From Chromera velia (taxonomy: Eukaryota): DNA of 64,000 nucleotides. Under the pieces are notes generated by a model. That model was not told the DNA's origin and made no database searches. It worked only from the letters and a program-made list of their open reading frames with translations. The stretch lies in NCBI GenBank assembly GCA_018398765.1, contig JAHBMJ010000002.1:1-64000 (forward strand), in the 5' to 3' direction. The position numbers were made by a program, and so were the translations under genes. Positions 40,847 to 53,066 of this stretch are shown in pieces (position 1 is the stretch's first letter; every line of letters starts with the position of its first letter).

Positions 40847-42663
40847 TCAAAACCGCATGATCGGATGGACCTCAGGCTTATATCCCCTGACCACCAAAGG
40901 CTGTGAGTGCATTTCTCTTTGACACATTGTCACCGTGATGACCAGAGCTCCGTCCTCTGCGCTTCGTGCTGCAGACAGAAGATCTTCAGAGGGACAGAAG
41001 TCCCGCAGACCCCACCCTGTACCGGCCTTCAGGGTGGAGAAGTCAACCTTTGAGGTCCATTTTCGGCCCGGGGTCCCGGCCTCCAGGGAGAAGGAGAGCT
41101 CGCCCATGTAGTCCCCCTCCTTCTGGATGTACACGGCAGCCTGGCCCGTGGAAGAAGTGCTGTCGCCCTTGGGGTACACGGTGATCGAAAAACGCCAGCC
41201 CTGCATGCATGGGAAGAAAAATATGCTGTTACTGTTGAACTGTCAGACAATGTCATCGGTGTACGACTAGGTGTAGGAACAATGAAGGTGACAGAAAAGG
41301 CGACGAGGGACTATACGACGCGTTCACAAGACTGAAGAGAAAAAAGGGTCAGATGGGTGGCAAGTGAGGAAAGGGCGAGACAGAAGGTGGGCGATCTAAA
41401 ACGGGAAAAGGCAGAGGGGAGAAAGGAAAACACAGTCAGACCTCAAAAAGGAAAGGGAAAAAAAAATGCAGCTCACGAAGAGGAAGAAACGTGCATGAAG
41501 ACAGTGCAACTTGATGCGTAGAGCATTCATTGTAAAAGAAGGCGGGAAATTGACTTCGCCGGGCAAAAGTCAGTGAATGCGTGGTGGTCGCAGCGCTGAG
41601 TTGCGGTGGGCATGGAGAAAACTTCGCGGAAAGAAATGGCCTTGGGGACAAAGACTGAGGACGGCATTCAAGTCTGCCACATTCTGAGTGCTGCGATGGA
41701 ATGCCGATCGAAGACTGACTGACTGACCCGGAAAGGGAAGGTGGCGCTTTTGAGCTGCTCCGATTTGATTAAGCCAGCTGCTTTCAACTCGTATGCCGGC
41801 AGATGCACCTTCACGATGACGGGATCTGCAAGCACATTGTTATTCGTGGGTAGAAATGCATGTTTACTATTGACCTTCTAAGTTCAAAAGTATTGTCGAC
41901 AACAGAGAGAAGCGCACCAACCTGTTCCGTCGACAGCACGAAGCCGGGCAGTGAGGAGCTTCACGTGCTTCTTCATGTCCTCGTCCTCGTGTCTGTCCAT
42001 CTCCTTCCGTTTCACCAGCTTTCGACACCCGGGTACATCACAAGGCACACTCTCCTCCTCACACTCGGTTTGTTTGTGCAGAGAGACCTCCCCTCTTGGA
42101 GGATTTCTTCCGCAGTTGTTGGGACAGGGAATGGGCACCTTCGCGCAGACGGAGAGGTGCTGGATCATGTTGTTCAAAGGAACGTCCTCCTTGCAATGCT
42201 GACAGGGGACAGAACGGTAGGGGCACGCGCTCTTGTGCAGCAAGAGGGTGCTACGGCGAGCTTTCTCCTGACAACCCTCGAAGGGACAATTGGCGTCCTG
42301 CTCCTCACACTCTTCGTCAAGATGAGTCTCCATTTCCTTTTTGGTTCCAGTGAAAGTGCACCCACTCTGAAAGTTGATGCACTTCCACTTTACCTGCTCA
42401 ATCGAGTTGCGAATGCGACTGTGAGCAGTGTCCATTCTGGAGATGTGTCCTCTACATTCGGGACACGGCTGGCGCAAGTCGTAAACCGTTTTCAAACAGG
42501 GACGGCAGAATACATGTCGAGCTGCACAATCAGTCTCGACAACATCGTCCATGTAGTCGTGGCATATCGAGCAGAGGGCACTCTCAGCGAGCTGCTCAAA
42601 GCCCTCTGCAGCAAAGGAAGCGTCGAGACCAAGACGCCGAACGCTTACAGCAGGGTCGGACAT
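40847..42663 (-). CDS. TRAF-like protein: RING finger + TRAF-type zinc fingers + MATH domain (3 exons: 42663..41922, 41825..41728, 41200..40847)
   Basis: RING CSICHD...CAARHVFCRPC...CPECR; TRAF zinc fingers C...GC...HL..EC and CP..GC...H...C; exon 2 DPVIVKVHLPAY...SATFPFR; MATH GWRFSITVYPKGD...AVYI...GWGLRDF. Junctions are in frame with GT/AG. Confidence 0.88.
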
Positions 42664-43336
42664 CTTTCTTGAGGAGTTCCAATTTTCTGAATAAACTAAC
42701 GTAGGACAGTCTGTGAACGCGTTGACCCGTATCCTTGTCTTCCTTTGATCCGTCTACATACACCCACGTGGCTTTGGAAACACAATCCGTCAACACGGTG
42801 GTCGAACGATACTCTCATTCATGGTTCGCCGCCTCGATCCAGCTATTAATAGAAGCGGTTGCATGAGCGATGGAGTCGATCGAGTTGTGAAATCGAAATC
42901 AGATCTGCCATTGAAGAGACGCGACGCGATCGAGACGCGTGCGATGATCGAAGGGCAATGAAGGGCATCCCCGGGGACATTCCTAGCCATTCCGGCCCCA
43001 GCTGCGTGCATGGAGTCGGCTGCTTCACATTTTTTGGGAATAATGGTTTTTAATACCCCTTAACATTAGTTTGGCACCTTTTTTTATACCTAGAATCGAG
43101 ACTGACAAGGAAAAGCGGAACCTTCAGACAAACTAGGCTTGATCCGCCCCTCATATATGGGGACACGGCATGCATAACAAAAACCTCGATCATCATTTTG
43201 CACCTGAAAGCTAGCCCGAAAGAGTTTACATGGAACCTATAGGCATTGTACGTTTTATACTATTTTGTACCTTGAAAAAAAAATCAGTACGAGCCTAAAA
43301 TCGTACTATCTGAGGCCTCCCTGAACCTAACTACCA

Positions 43337-43509
43337 CTTGAAAGTTCAAGCCGCATTTTTGGATAGGCTTGAAAGTCCGTGCCGCAGGCACGGATCATTT
43401 ATGGTGTCTTGAAAGCCAAAGCCGCATATCTGGACGGTGTCTTGACCATTTACGCCACAGGTGTGGACGATCTCTTGAAAAACGAAGCCGCAGATAGAGA
43501 TCATCTTGA
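43337..43509. repeat. Degenerate ~33-nt tandem repeat (CTTGAAAG....GCCGCA...)
   Basis: Five units of 31-40 nt, each beginning CTTGA. Confidence 0.6.
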
Positions 43510-44799
43510 TTATATTTTTTAAAGTGGCACTTAGATTCAGGGAGGTTCCATCTGACTGTGCAATGTGTAAAGCACAAACAGAAAGATGCATTTGAAGTAT
43601 GTAGAATAATGTAGAAGTATCACATGTGGTCTCTTATAGTCTGAGTACTAGTCTCTTATTTTGTTTTTTATAGTTTCTTAAAACTTTTTTTCATGTGTTG
43701 CCCCCACGTTACTCCGCGTTGTGGTGTTACCGTTTTTTATTTTTTAAAAAAAACTTTGAGATCCTCCTTATTTACTTTTTCACTCTATTTTACCGTCTTT
43801 TTTAGTGGACTTACACAGGTAGAGGAGGGTTCCAGTCTCATCATCTGAACCACTCTTGCACCACTGTAACTAGAACTTCCTCGGTGACTGATGATAAAAT
43901 GATTCCTCTCACCAGAGCGGTCTTGCCGTTCTCTGAGACAGTTTTTCCTGGTCTGTTTGACAGAGGGGTAAATGAACTGCGTGAAGGAGGTTAAGTTGTT
44001 CCCCCTATCCCACCTCCTCTTGACCTACCACCCCCTCCTCCACAACCACCTCCCCCTCAGAATGCTCCCCCCCCCAACTCTCTCAGCAAGGCTTCTTATC
44101 TTGAGCAACTGGAACAGTTGGGTCTTTCCTGGGAAGAAAGGCTGGCAGACAGCAAAGTGGGTGCAGTGGTAGACGGAGGAAAGGCATCCAAGAAGAGAAG
44201 ACAGTCTAGGAGAAAGCAGAGCACCCGTCAGGCTTGGTGGGACCCACAATGCCACCTGATACATTTAAAAGTGAAGGAGACAGAAGAAAAGGCAAGACAT
44301 GTCCCGAACCCTTCCCACCCTCTATGAGAAGAACGTACGTATCAAACTGGGAAGGGAAAGAGCTCAACTGTTTACAGCAAAAAGGAGTAAGCTCGAGCAA
44401 CAAACAGCAGAGAGACTATAGCTAGAGAAGCAGCAGTTGACCCCTCAAAAGTTTGACAATGGAACAGGAAAATCAAAACACAGAGAGGAGGGGATAATAA
44501 ACCCGCTGCATCTTCCTTCACTCAGTTCAGATCTGGGCAGAGGTCTTCGATGGTCCTGGTCTTCCGCGTGCACCTATTAGTCTTGCCTTCCCCCCTCCTT
44601 CTCAGGCCGCCTTCTCTATACATATGATTAAGGAAACACTGAAAGGAACGGAAAGGAATTGACCCAAAGAAGGCATTAGGTTTGGATGGGGTTGGCCCCT
44701 CTTATTATGTTTCAGTTTTTCTCCTCTCTCCCACTTGCTGCTCTTTATCTTTTTCAATTTATTTCATCTTTGTCTTTTTGGCCTGAACGCTAGAATGTA

Positions 44800-45921
44800 T
44801 TGCGCATTGCTCCCATCTCCAAGGGCCCACCGAGTCTTGACCTAGGTCTCGACTGTAACAAATGGTGCCCGATCTACATTGTTGGGCTTCTGGGTAAGAT
44901 TTTTGCTTTATTGATAGACTGAAAGATCAGAAAGGAGGTAAAAAATTTTAATTAACGAAAGGTAGCTCGGCTTCAGACATGGAGTAGGGATAAAGGAGGC
45001 CTTCGCTGCTCTGTCTTTGTTAATTCTCAGCTCCAAAAAGAAGAAAAGCCCTCTGATTACCACGTTTGTTGATTTCAGCAAGGCGTTTAATACAGTTCCT
45101 CGGGTTAAAATATTAGAGAGGCTCAGGGAAGAAAGAGTAAGCCAAGCCGATATTTGGATGATTCATTTGATATATAGTCAGGTGAAAGCTTGGGTAGATA
45201 GGGCAACAGAATGCTTTGCAGAAGGCGGAGGAGTAAAACAAGGTTATCCTCTCTCTCCTCTCCTCTTTCTTCTTTTCATCAACAATCTGCATAAGTCTGT
45301 CAGCTCCAATAATGAAAACAGGAATCAAAGCTCGGTTGGGGGTATTGATAGAGAGACTCCTATCAGACTGTCTGACGTTTTAATTGAAAGCATCGGATAC
45401 GTTGACGACCTTGTTCTATTTCAAATTACTCACAGTGCTTCAGACTTGCAGAAACGCCGCCTGTCTTGCCTCGAGGACTATTGTAAGGAGCACGGCCTGA
45501 AGGTGAATTTAAAGAAGACAGAAGTTATGTATCTCTCCTCCCCCCACCCCGACCTAGTGCCCCGGACCCCTTTTCTTTATGAAGGCAGACTAGTGAAAGC
45601 GGTGAGTAAATATAAGTATTTGGACAACTGGGTTTTTGAGGACGGGGACCTTAGCAAGACAGTCGAAGCCCACATTGAGGCGGTAGAGAAGGTATTGGGG
45701 GCTGTGTTTAGTACTGTCTCTTCTCTGGGCTTTGTTTCTCCCTTTTCTAAAATTATTTTGTTCAAGGCCCTCTGGCTGCTAGTCACACTGTATAGACTGG
45801 AAACCGCCGTTACGATCCCGCTGAAAAAGACAGATGTTGCCTGCCTCGATGCATTACAGTTATGTTTTGTTCAATGTTGTTTTGGTCTCTCCTATTACTC
45901 CTTTATTTCATCTTCCCTCGC

Positions 45922-45965
<44 letters not shown>

Positions 45966-46966
45966 AGCCATTCAGTTCTCTACTTAGTAAGTTGAGTGGG
46001 GGCTTCATCCAATGCATCAAATCGATCAACCGTGCTCTACCCCGGGCAGTGTGGAATGAATGCTTGGCTGACTCGTGTGAACCTTTCATTAAGACAGTAA
46101 AATGGCTGGCCGTTCCATTAGATTGCTCCCTTTTGTGGCTTCCATTACCAAGCACGGTGAGGAACAAGTTTAAAAGGAAGGGCAAGGGCAGAAGGAAAAG
46201 GGCGGCAAAAAAGATTGTAGAAGGTGCCTGGCTGTCCGACTGGTTGAAAGAAGAAACTAGAAATTCAAACGTTAGAGACAGAGACGGAATTTTCCCCCAC
46301 CTTGTGAATCTCTCCCCTTTCCAATCAGAGAATTCGACCAGACAGCATTTGGCCATGCACCTTCTGAGTAAAAGGAAATGACGTCCGAGAAGTGAAATGA
46401 TAGAGTGCAGTGTTGAACCTCTACCAAAGAGTTTGTTGCAGTCCTCCGCAGGCTTCCATACACTTTTCAGGGCTCTCAGAGGGGGGGATATAGATAGAAC
46501 CCAACCGGAACGGCTGTGCGATAAATGTTTATCTCCCTCGCATGTGATTAAAGATGTCATTGAGGTTCATGTTCTGATGGAATGTAAAAACACAGAAAGG
46601 GAACGGAACAGGCTGAAAGAACTGTATGAAATTGTGAAGCAGAAAGCGCCCATTGACATAAGAATGCAGATCGCACAACGCGTTGCAGATACAATGGGGA
46701 GGGGCACTTCTGATAATAAGAAAAAAATGAAGGATATGGTGTTGCTGTTGTGTATAATCCTGCCTAGAAGCGGTTTCAAAGCTATAGCCGACTGTCTCAA
46801 GAACGTCTATTCTGTCAACTGGGTCCGATTGGCATGGCGGCATTATGCAGGCTTTCTCATCCCTCTCCCCCATGAATGTGTACTCTGGGTTGTCCCCAAA
46901 GCCTTGCTAGTGGCTTAGGATTTGGCGTCACTAAATCTAGGATTTAACCCTCAGTCAATCAATCAA
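44800..46966 (+). pseudogene. Degenerate non-LTR (LINE) retrotransposon ORF2: reverse transcriptase + C-terminal CCHC-like domain, (TCAA)n tail
   Basis: RT motifs FVDFSKAFNTVPR, GVKQGYPLSPLLF, YVDDLV, GLKVNLKKTEVM, YKYL in 45017..46381. Upstream RT motifs (W.PI...LGKIF, LGFRHG) are broken by stops and frameshifts. RLCDKC...HVLMEC in 46397..46918. (CT)n expansion at ~45929-45964. TCAGTCAATCAATCAA at 46951-46966. Confidence 0.88.
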
Positions 46967-48025
46967 ACTGTCATAAAGAGAAAGTGAAATCTATAATAAA
47001 ATGATAATATTGCAAAGAGACGGCTAAAGATAGATGAATTTCGAATACTAGGTCAAATACTAATACAATAATAAGGGGCCATATAAAAATTTATTTGAGT
47101 GTTATTGGCATGCAAATGAATTTTGACATGGCCCCTAATTATACTATTTTTGCCAAGATTTTGGCACAAGATGGCATAAGCAGCACAACTGTCCCACTCT
47201 AGGTCCTACCAGACAGGCATATAGTAGCATATAAAAATCTTTAGCTACTACTAGTACAAAAAAAATCTTTAGTAGAAAAGTTTTAAGCTCTAGCCTGAGC
47301 TCCAGCTTTCATAAAACTCATCCACCACCAATGTGTCTAACTAAGAATGTGTTACTAGTGCTTCGATTTGTAGAAGTGCTCAGTGCTGGGTAGTACTGGG
47401 AAGTTAGTGGGGACTGTGCATCTTCAAGTTCATTGTTTACGAGGCCAGTCTGAGCCAGGCGCAGCCACTTAAGTAGCCACTTGACCACTTATTTGCAAAA
47501 AAAAAAAAAACTAGAAATTTTATTAGAAAATAATAATGATGAACGTCTTTCTTCAATTATTTTCTTTTTTGCTATGATAGTTACGTAAATTAAAAAGTAT
47601 CAGTGTGTCATTCAGAAAGAGCTGTGTGAGCCGCCGCTGTGTGCACTGCCGCCGCAAAGCGAACCGCAGAAATCTAAATTTTGTTAGGCCTCATGGAGTC
47701 GATTAAATTCCATGTTGAATGCAATTTGCTTTTCCAAATCTGGTGGATTGCTTTTCGTTCTATCCAGATAGCGATTCTGGATTAACAGACTTCTTCAAGA
47801 CGTAACCACTGAACATGACTAATTATTCTGCGGTTATTCTACGTATGCCTTTAATATCGAAAGTAAGTTTTTTTTTATTATAGTGAACTAGATAGTGAAT
47901 CTTTCATGGTTTTTTATTTATTAAAGTGGTGGATGTAGTGTCTAGTAGAGTGCACTGGCATGTTTTTATATGCCGCGCATGTCTATTATTAATAAAATAT
48001 TAAAATAATGTATGTTTACTAGCTA

Positions 48026-48678
48026 CTAGGCGACACACAGTGGTAAAAAAAAAAAAATCTGAAAACGTCTATTCTTTTTTTTTATTTATTTAAAATTTTA
48101 TTGTATATGTAAAAAAAAATAAAGGTTAAATGACTAGCTTCAACTAGAGTTTGAATTATATCTAGGATCCCAGTTTCACTTTTAGCTTGGTAGACGCTTA
48201 AAAGAATTGACCAAAACTAGTTTCGACTAGAGCTTCAAAATGTATATCGTCCTAGATATCGTCAAAGAGCCAGTCAAAGAACTTCTCCTCTGTCTGCTCT
48301 TCTGTCTGCATCCATGCATCCATCCTTCTTAGTGACAGTGCAGTTAAACAAGGGAAAAAAGATCGGTTGGTCCGTGTTCAACAAAGTCGATGATGGAATG
48401 GTGAAGACACTAGTAGAGACACTAGTAGAGACAAATGTACAATAACAACTAGGACTAGAACTAGGGTTGAAACTAGGGTTAAAAGATGTTTAAAACTTTG
48501 AGTTGAGTAATAAGCTAGGTAATAAGTTCGCGAGGAAGTTAGTTTAAAAGTACTTCTAAAAGGTGCTCCTCTAGGTGCTCCTAGAGGTGCTCTAGGAAAT
48601 CCTTCATAGAAAAAAAGAAAAAAAAAAAAATCTGGAAAGGTCTATTTTTTTTTTTTTTAACCACTGTGCGTCGCCTAG
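48026..48678. mobile_element. MITE with terminal inverted repeats
   Basis: CTAGGCGACACACAGTGGT(A)n at the left end; (T)nAACCACTGTGCGTCGCCTAG at the right end (one mismatch). AT-rich non-coding interior; direct subterminal repeats (A)nTCTG.AA.GTCTATT at both ends. Confidence 0.78.
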
Positions 48679-48866
48679 ACTAGCTAGTACTATTCGCAGG
48701 CTGCAGACATCGCCGAGTCCACAAGCGAAACTAGAAGCGAAAGAAAGTTTTAACAATTTCAAGTTGAGAAAACTTTAAAGCTAGAGTTTATTAGCAATAG
48801 AGTCTGGCTTTGTCTCTCCTGAGAATGAATGATCTCTGATTCTCTCTGCATGCCCCACTCGATCGA

Positions 48867-50063
48867 TCATTCACCTTGCACCACTCCCTGCCCCTCCAGA
48901 TAAGACTGGGGTGGATACTTTGGGGGATTGTCCTCCGATGTGCACGAGGGAAGAACAGACAGGGTGTAGTCAGCAGTTGGGTTGAAAAAGAAAGGGAGAG
49001 AGTACCGAGAACCCAAGGAATCAAACTTCAAAGGATCTGACTCGGTTTCCTTTTTCTCTTCCGTCAACCCATTCGACTGGCTGACAGACACTGTGACACA
49101 ATCGCTCACCCCATTTTCTCCCCTCTTCGACATTTCCCCAACACCCTTCTTGAGGGGATTAAGAACGTAATGTCGAGTTGCCTGCCACCGATCGTTGGTC
49201 AACCTCTGCAGCGTCTCCCCAGAGTTCACTATCAGAGCCCGAGGAACCTCCCGACACCTGACCCAGCAGTTCTTCGCTTTCGAGAAGACGACAAGACCGG
49301 ACGGGTCGGTCGTGTATAGCAGAGTGAAGAAGCTGGTGTCCACGTGCGGGTTGACCCCGAAATCACCAACGGGGGTGGGGGGGTAATGAGTGGCACGCAA
49401 ACGGAAGAGAGGGGACCGGAAGGCTTCCAGCAAGTCGGAGGGAGGAACAGCGAGGGCCTTTGCATACAGGGGAAGCATCGCAAGTGCGAGCTTTTCAAAC
49501 GCATCGCAACACTTCAGCAAGGCTGCTTTGAAGGAAGGGCCGTCAAATGAAGACTCGGGGTGGGACGGGGGCCACGGCATCCGGTCCAACGTGACATTCC
49601 GTGGCCCATGTTCTCTTTTGATTATGTACGCCCCGTTCACGTTCGGTTTCGTCCGTGCGGGCAATTTGAAGTTCCCGACAGGCAGATAGCCAACTCCTGT
49701 GGGCAGGTCCTCTCGTGTGTCCATTGCCACTTTCATCTTGGCGTCCTTCTCGAGTGCGTGGAATTTGGCGATGGCGGAGACCGCGTCTCTGAGGAGGTTC
49801 GAGGAGACGCCGTGGTTGATCACATAGTGGAACCCCACCTTCTCTCCGACGTGCCTAAGCTTCTCGGCAAGGAGAGCAGCAGCAGTCTCTGCATCGCTCT
49901 CTCTTCCTCCAGCAGAGGCTTCTAGGAAAGGGGCAAGGTCGAGAACAGGAATGTCGGTGGCGTCTGCTATGGGGATGGTCTCTGCGACTGTGGGAGGCGC
50001 CCACTCTTCTGCCTCCCTTTTCAGCTGTGCCTCCCTCGCAAGAGCCTGATCAGCAGATGTCAT
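48867..50063 (-). CDS. 2-oxoglutarate/Fe(II)-dependent dioxygenase, isopenicillin N synthase-like family
   Basis: IPVLDL, GFHYVINHGV (DIOX_N), RATHYPP, HVD (HxD), VNSGETLQRLTNDRWQATRH (distal His), RYSLPFFFNP (RxS). The start is at ATG 50063 or in an upstream exon. Confidence 0.92.
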   Translation of the reverse strand: MTSADQALAREAQLKREAEEWAPPTVAETIPIADATDIPVLDLAPFLEASAGGRESDAETAAALLAEKLRHVGEKVGFHYVINHGVSSNLLRDAVSAIAKFHALEKDAKMKVAMDTREDLPTGVGYLPVGNFKLPARTKPNVNGAYIIKREHGPRNVTLDRMPWPPSHPESSFDGPSFKAALLKCCDAFEKLALAMLPLYAKALAVPPSDLLEAFRSPLFRLRATHYPPTPVGDFGVNPHVDTSFFTLLYTTDPSGLVVFSKAKNCWVRCREVPRALIVNSGETLQRLTNDRWQATRHYVLNPLKKGVGEMSKRGENGVSDCVTVSVSQSNGLTEEKKETESDPLKFDSLGSRYSLPFFFNPTADYTLSVLPSCTSEDNPPKYPPQSYLEGQGVVQGE

Positions 50064-51076
50064 CACCAATGGACTTGCAGAAGGGAATCCAAACGCGGAA
50101 CCTGAAAGAACGTGCACTCACTTGCAGACATATACACAAACAGGGAGGTTGCAGGCCGTCTCGTGAGCGGTGAGGTTTTGACTTCAACCCAACCCTCCAC
50201 TCGCTTGAATGGGTGCCCGAGAAAGCAAGGCTGAATGTAGCAGAGGCGCTGAACAAAGGCCACGAGGACTGAGAGGGGGGAAGGAGCTGCGCGATAACTG
50301 CATGAGCTGACGTCTGATGAAGCTCTCCGCCGTCTCCGATCGCGGCACCGTCTACGCCTCGTGCGCTCCGACGCGTACGTCATTTCGTCCCCATGCAACC
50401 GGCTCCACTCATGCATGCAATACACGAGAGTGGGCGCGCAGTGCGCGCCGGCGTATCGTGGTGGGTGCTCCCGTAGTATCCCGTAGTCGAGTCCGGCGTC
50501 GAAAGAGGGGCACAAACAAAAGTTCTTATCCTTTATTATCCTTTGGGTAAGCAGCGCATGCTGGGACGTTCCTCTTTTTGCAACATTGCTACACTCACAG
50601 AGTCGGGGAACGCACCAAGCGTTCACTCTATACTACAACAATTGCCGTGCAGTAAGCAAATTGAATCATACGACTCAAGTCAAGTTGAGTTTTGAAGGAA
50701 AACGGCGTTCAAAAAGCTTCAGAGTATATATACATGCGCAGGCCGTCTTATAGAGAAATTTTTATGTGTCACTTAATTAGTTGGGCCTGAATGGCAACTA
50801 TGTGCGCACGATTCGCGGCACGAATCAATATTGCATTAATGTTGGAATCTGGTCCAGATGAGAATCCGGATTCACAACCAGTACGTCCCCAGAGCTGAAT
50901 AAAGTATCGTTGCTATCAGGACACATCTCTTGATTGACTGTCAGTGCTCTTTTATAGAACGGACTGGTGTGTAGAGTTCTGGGAGTGACCCGGTATTTTC
51001 TGTATCTTGGCGTCTCCTTCTTCATAGCCGTCTCCTTCTTCTTTAGCGGCCTGTCCGGCCTGTCCACTCCGGCATC

Positions 51077-52670
51077 ATGCTTGTCCGAAGGAAGTTGCCG
51101 GAAGGCATGGATCTGACTATTCGCATCCGTGCTCCTTTTTGTCGAGAGGACCGGAGGAGGAGATTTAAGGAGTTTGTTGTTTGGGTGATCCCGAAGCTGA
51201 AAGCCGAAATGGGGGCAGACTTTCGTTGGGATGAAGGGGCCATTCAGTTTGAATATCCTCCAGTTTCCTTGATGTACTACATCACAGACACCCACATCAT
51301 CCAGTACCTCAACAAATATGCCTACAGTCAAGAGCAGCCAACAGGGGACGTAGTGACGATCAGATCCGAGTCAACAGTCGACTTCATCAAATCAGCAATT
51401 GCGATCCATCACCCAGCAGGACCGGTGGACTGGACTCCTGACATCACCAACACTGTCTGTGGGGGTAGGGGCAATCCTGCCAGGAGTGCGGGGATAAAAG
51501 AAATCGGTCCGAGAGTTGGTAACCTACAGATAAAAGGCAGGGGTCCCCCAAAGAGAGACCAACGCCCACTGATGTTGAAGAAGTTTGAGGCTATGCTGTT
51601 GATTCTTTTGAAACTTGCCAATGAGTGTGGAGAGGGACAAATAGTAAAAAAGTCCCAGTATAGAGCGGTGCGCACAGGGCTCCTGATGCAGTGGAACGCT
51701 GCTGCTAGAGGAGACAACACAAATGAACTCTCCCCATCTGACTTCAAAGCAGAGGCTTGGTTTGACTGGCTTTTCCTCTTTAGGATGTTATGGTCAAAGA
51801 ATCTGACAAAGCAGTCGGATATCCAGGACCAAGTTGTATTCCCAGCCGCATAGATGGAGATGTGCACGCCGACGGCCATTGCCTTATCAGTTGGGGAGGC
51901 CAGAAGCGGGAGGACTCTCTGTCTACCTCTGTGCCTGTTTGCCCTTCTCGGAGCTGCGTTCCCCCTGTATACTTGCCTCTCTCCCCCTCTTTTCCCACTC
52001 TTTCTTTATACGTTCCTCGCATGCTTGCACGTCTCCTGCTCTTTCCTCGCACATTCCTCGCATGCTTCCACCTGTCCCATTCTTTTCTTGCACGTTCCTC
52101 GCATTGTCTGTGTCTGTGTCTTCCATTGTGCCTGCCTGCAAGTATTTTGCAGACCTAATACCCTGGGATAACCCCCCTGTAAGGAATTTGCAGAGTGAAG
52201 CGATCAGAATGAAGACTTTTATGTGCAAGGACGAGAGCGTCGACAGCGTGAACCCCCCGGAGGATGAGGAGGATGAAGAGGTCATCCAGGAGGCTACCTC
52301 TTCCTCTGATGCGGCAGGTGCCTCGAACTCTTCTGCTTCCTCTTCCTCTGCTGTGGTAGGTGCCCTAGCAGGTGCCTTGAACTCTTCTGCTTCCTCTTCC
52401 TCTGCTATGGCAGGTGCCTTAAACTCTTCTACTTCCTCTTCCTCTGCTGCGGCAGGTGTTTCTGCACCAGCAAAGAAGCAGAAGAAACGGAAAAAACAAA
52501 ATGAACAGACCATGTCTATGCCCTTCTGGCACTTGTGGTGTCACAGGATGGGGCAGCATGCAGGAAGCCTGATCAAGCCATACAACATCCATGTTGGGAT
52601 GTTGACGGTCATGAAGAGGGATGTCTTCCCGGAAGAAGAATTCCTTCTTGTAACGGTCAGTATAGGGTGA
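51077..52670 (+). pseudogene. Degenerate Crypton-like tyrosine recombinase
   Basis: ORF 51077..51853 has K.AI...P...W.....GNPARS, QWN..ARGDN (candidate catalytic Arg) and WSKN (candidate catalytic Lys). An in-frame stop follows, then MEMC.PTAIAL. A later segment MGQHAGSLIKPY could supply His/Tyr, but HxxR was not found. The motif order resembles protist Crypton YRs as I recall them. Confidence 0.55.
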
Positions 52671-52712
52671 CTAATTTTCTATTAGTAGTCTTCTCTTGAT
52701 TTTCCGTGGCCT

Positions 52713-53066
52713 TTAATTTGTCAATCTCCTCATGCTAGTTCTCATGCTTACTCTGTGTTTGGCTTCCTTCAGCTGTCTTTTTTTGTTTACTTTTTTGCTC
52801 TTTTTTTGAAAAATGCCCATGTTATTCTTTTTCAACCCTTGCTTCTCTAAGACTTCCCATGCTTCTCCCATGCAGAAGCATGCCGCTTCGTCCTTCGTTT
52901 GTCTCAACTGGTTCAGCCGATCGAGAAAAGAAGGGGCTGGCAGATTTGAGGGGACATACCAAGGATTGTTCTCCCTGTCCAAGACATATTCGAGAAACTT
53001 TTCAACTCTGGCCCCCTTCAAATGGTGCCCCCTCTGGATCTTAACAAACGTCTTGTTTTTTGCCAT
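52713..53066 (-). CDS. Hypothetical basic protein (possible second ORF of the YR element)
   Basis: ATG-initiated 117-aa non-repetitive ORF converging on the YR ORF; no family recognised. Confidence 0.25.
   Translation of the reverse strand: MAKNKTFVKIQRGHHLKGARVEKFLEYVLDRENNPWYVPSNLPAPSFLDRLNQLRQTKDEAACFCMGEAWEVLEKQGLKKNNMGIFQKKSKKVNKKRQLKEAKHRVSMRTSMRRLTN

Noticed and set aside
41860..42672. 270-aa plus-strand ORF
   Set aside because: Antisense shadow of the TRAF-like gene.
43700..44800. Possible LINE endonuclease/ORF1 upstream of the RT
   Set aside because: Looks like decayed element sequence, but I could not identify convincing APE or ORF1 motifs.
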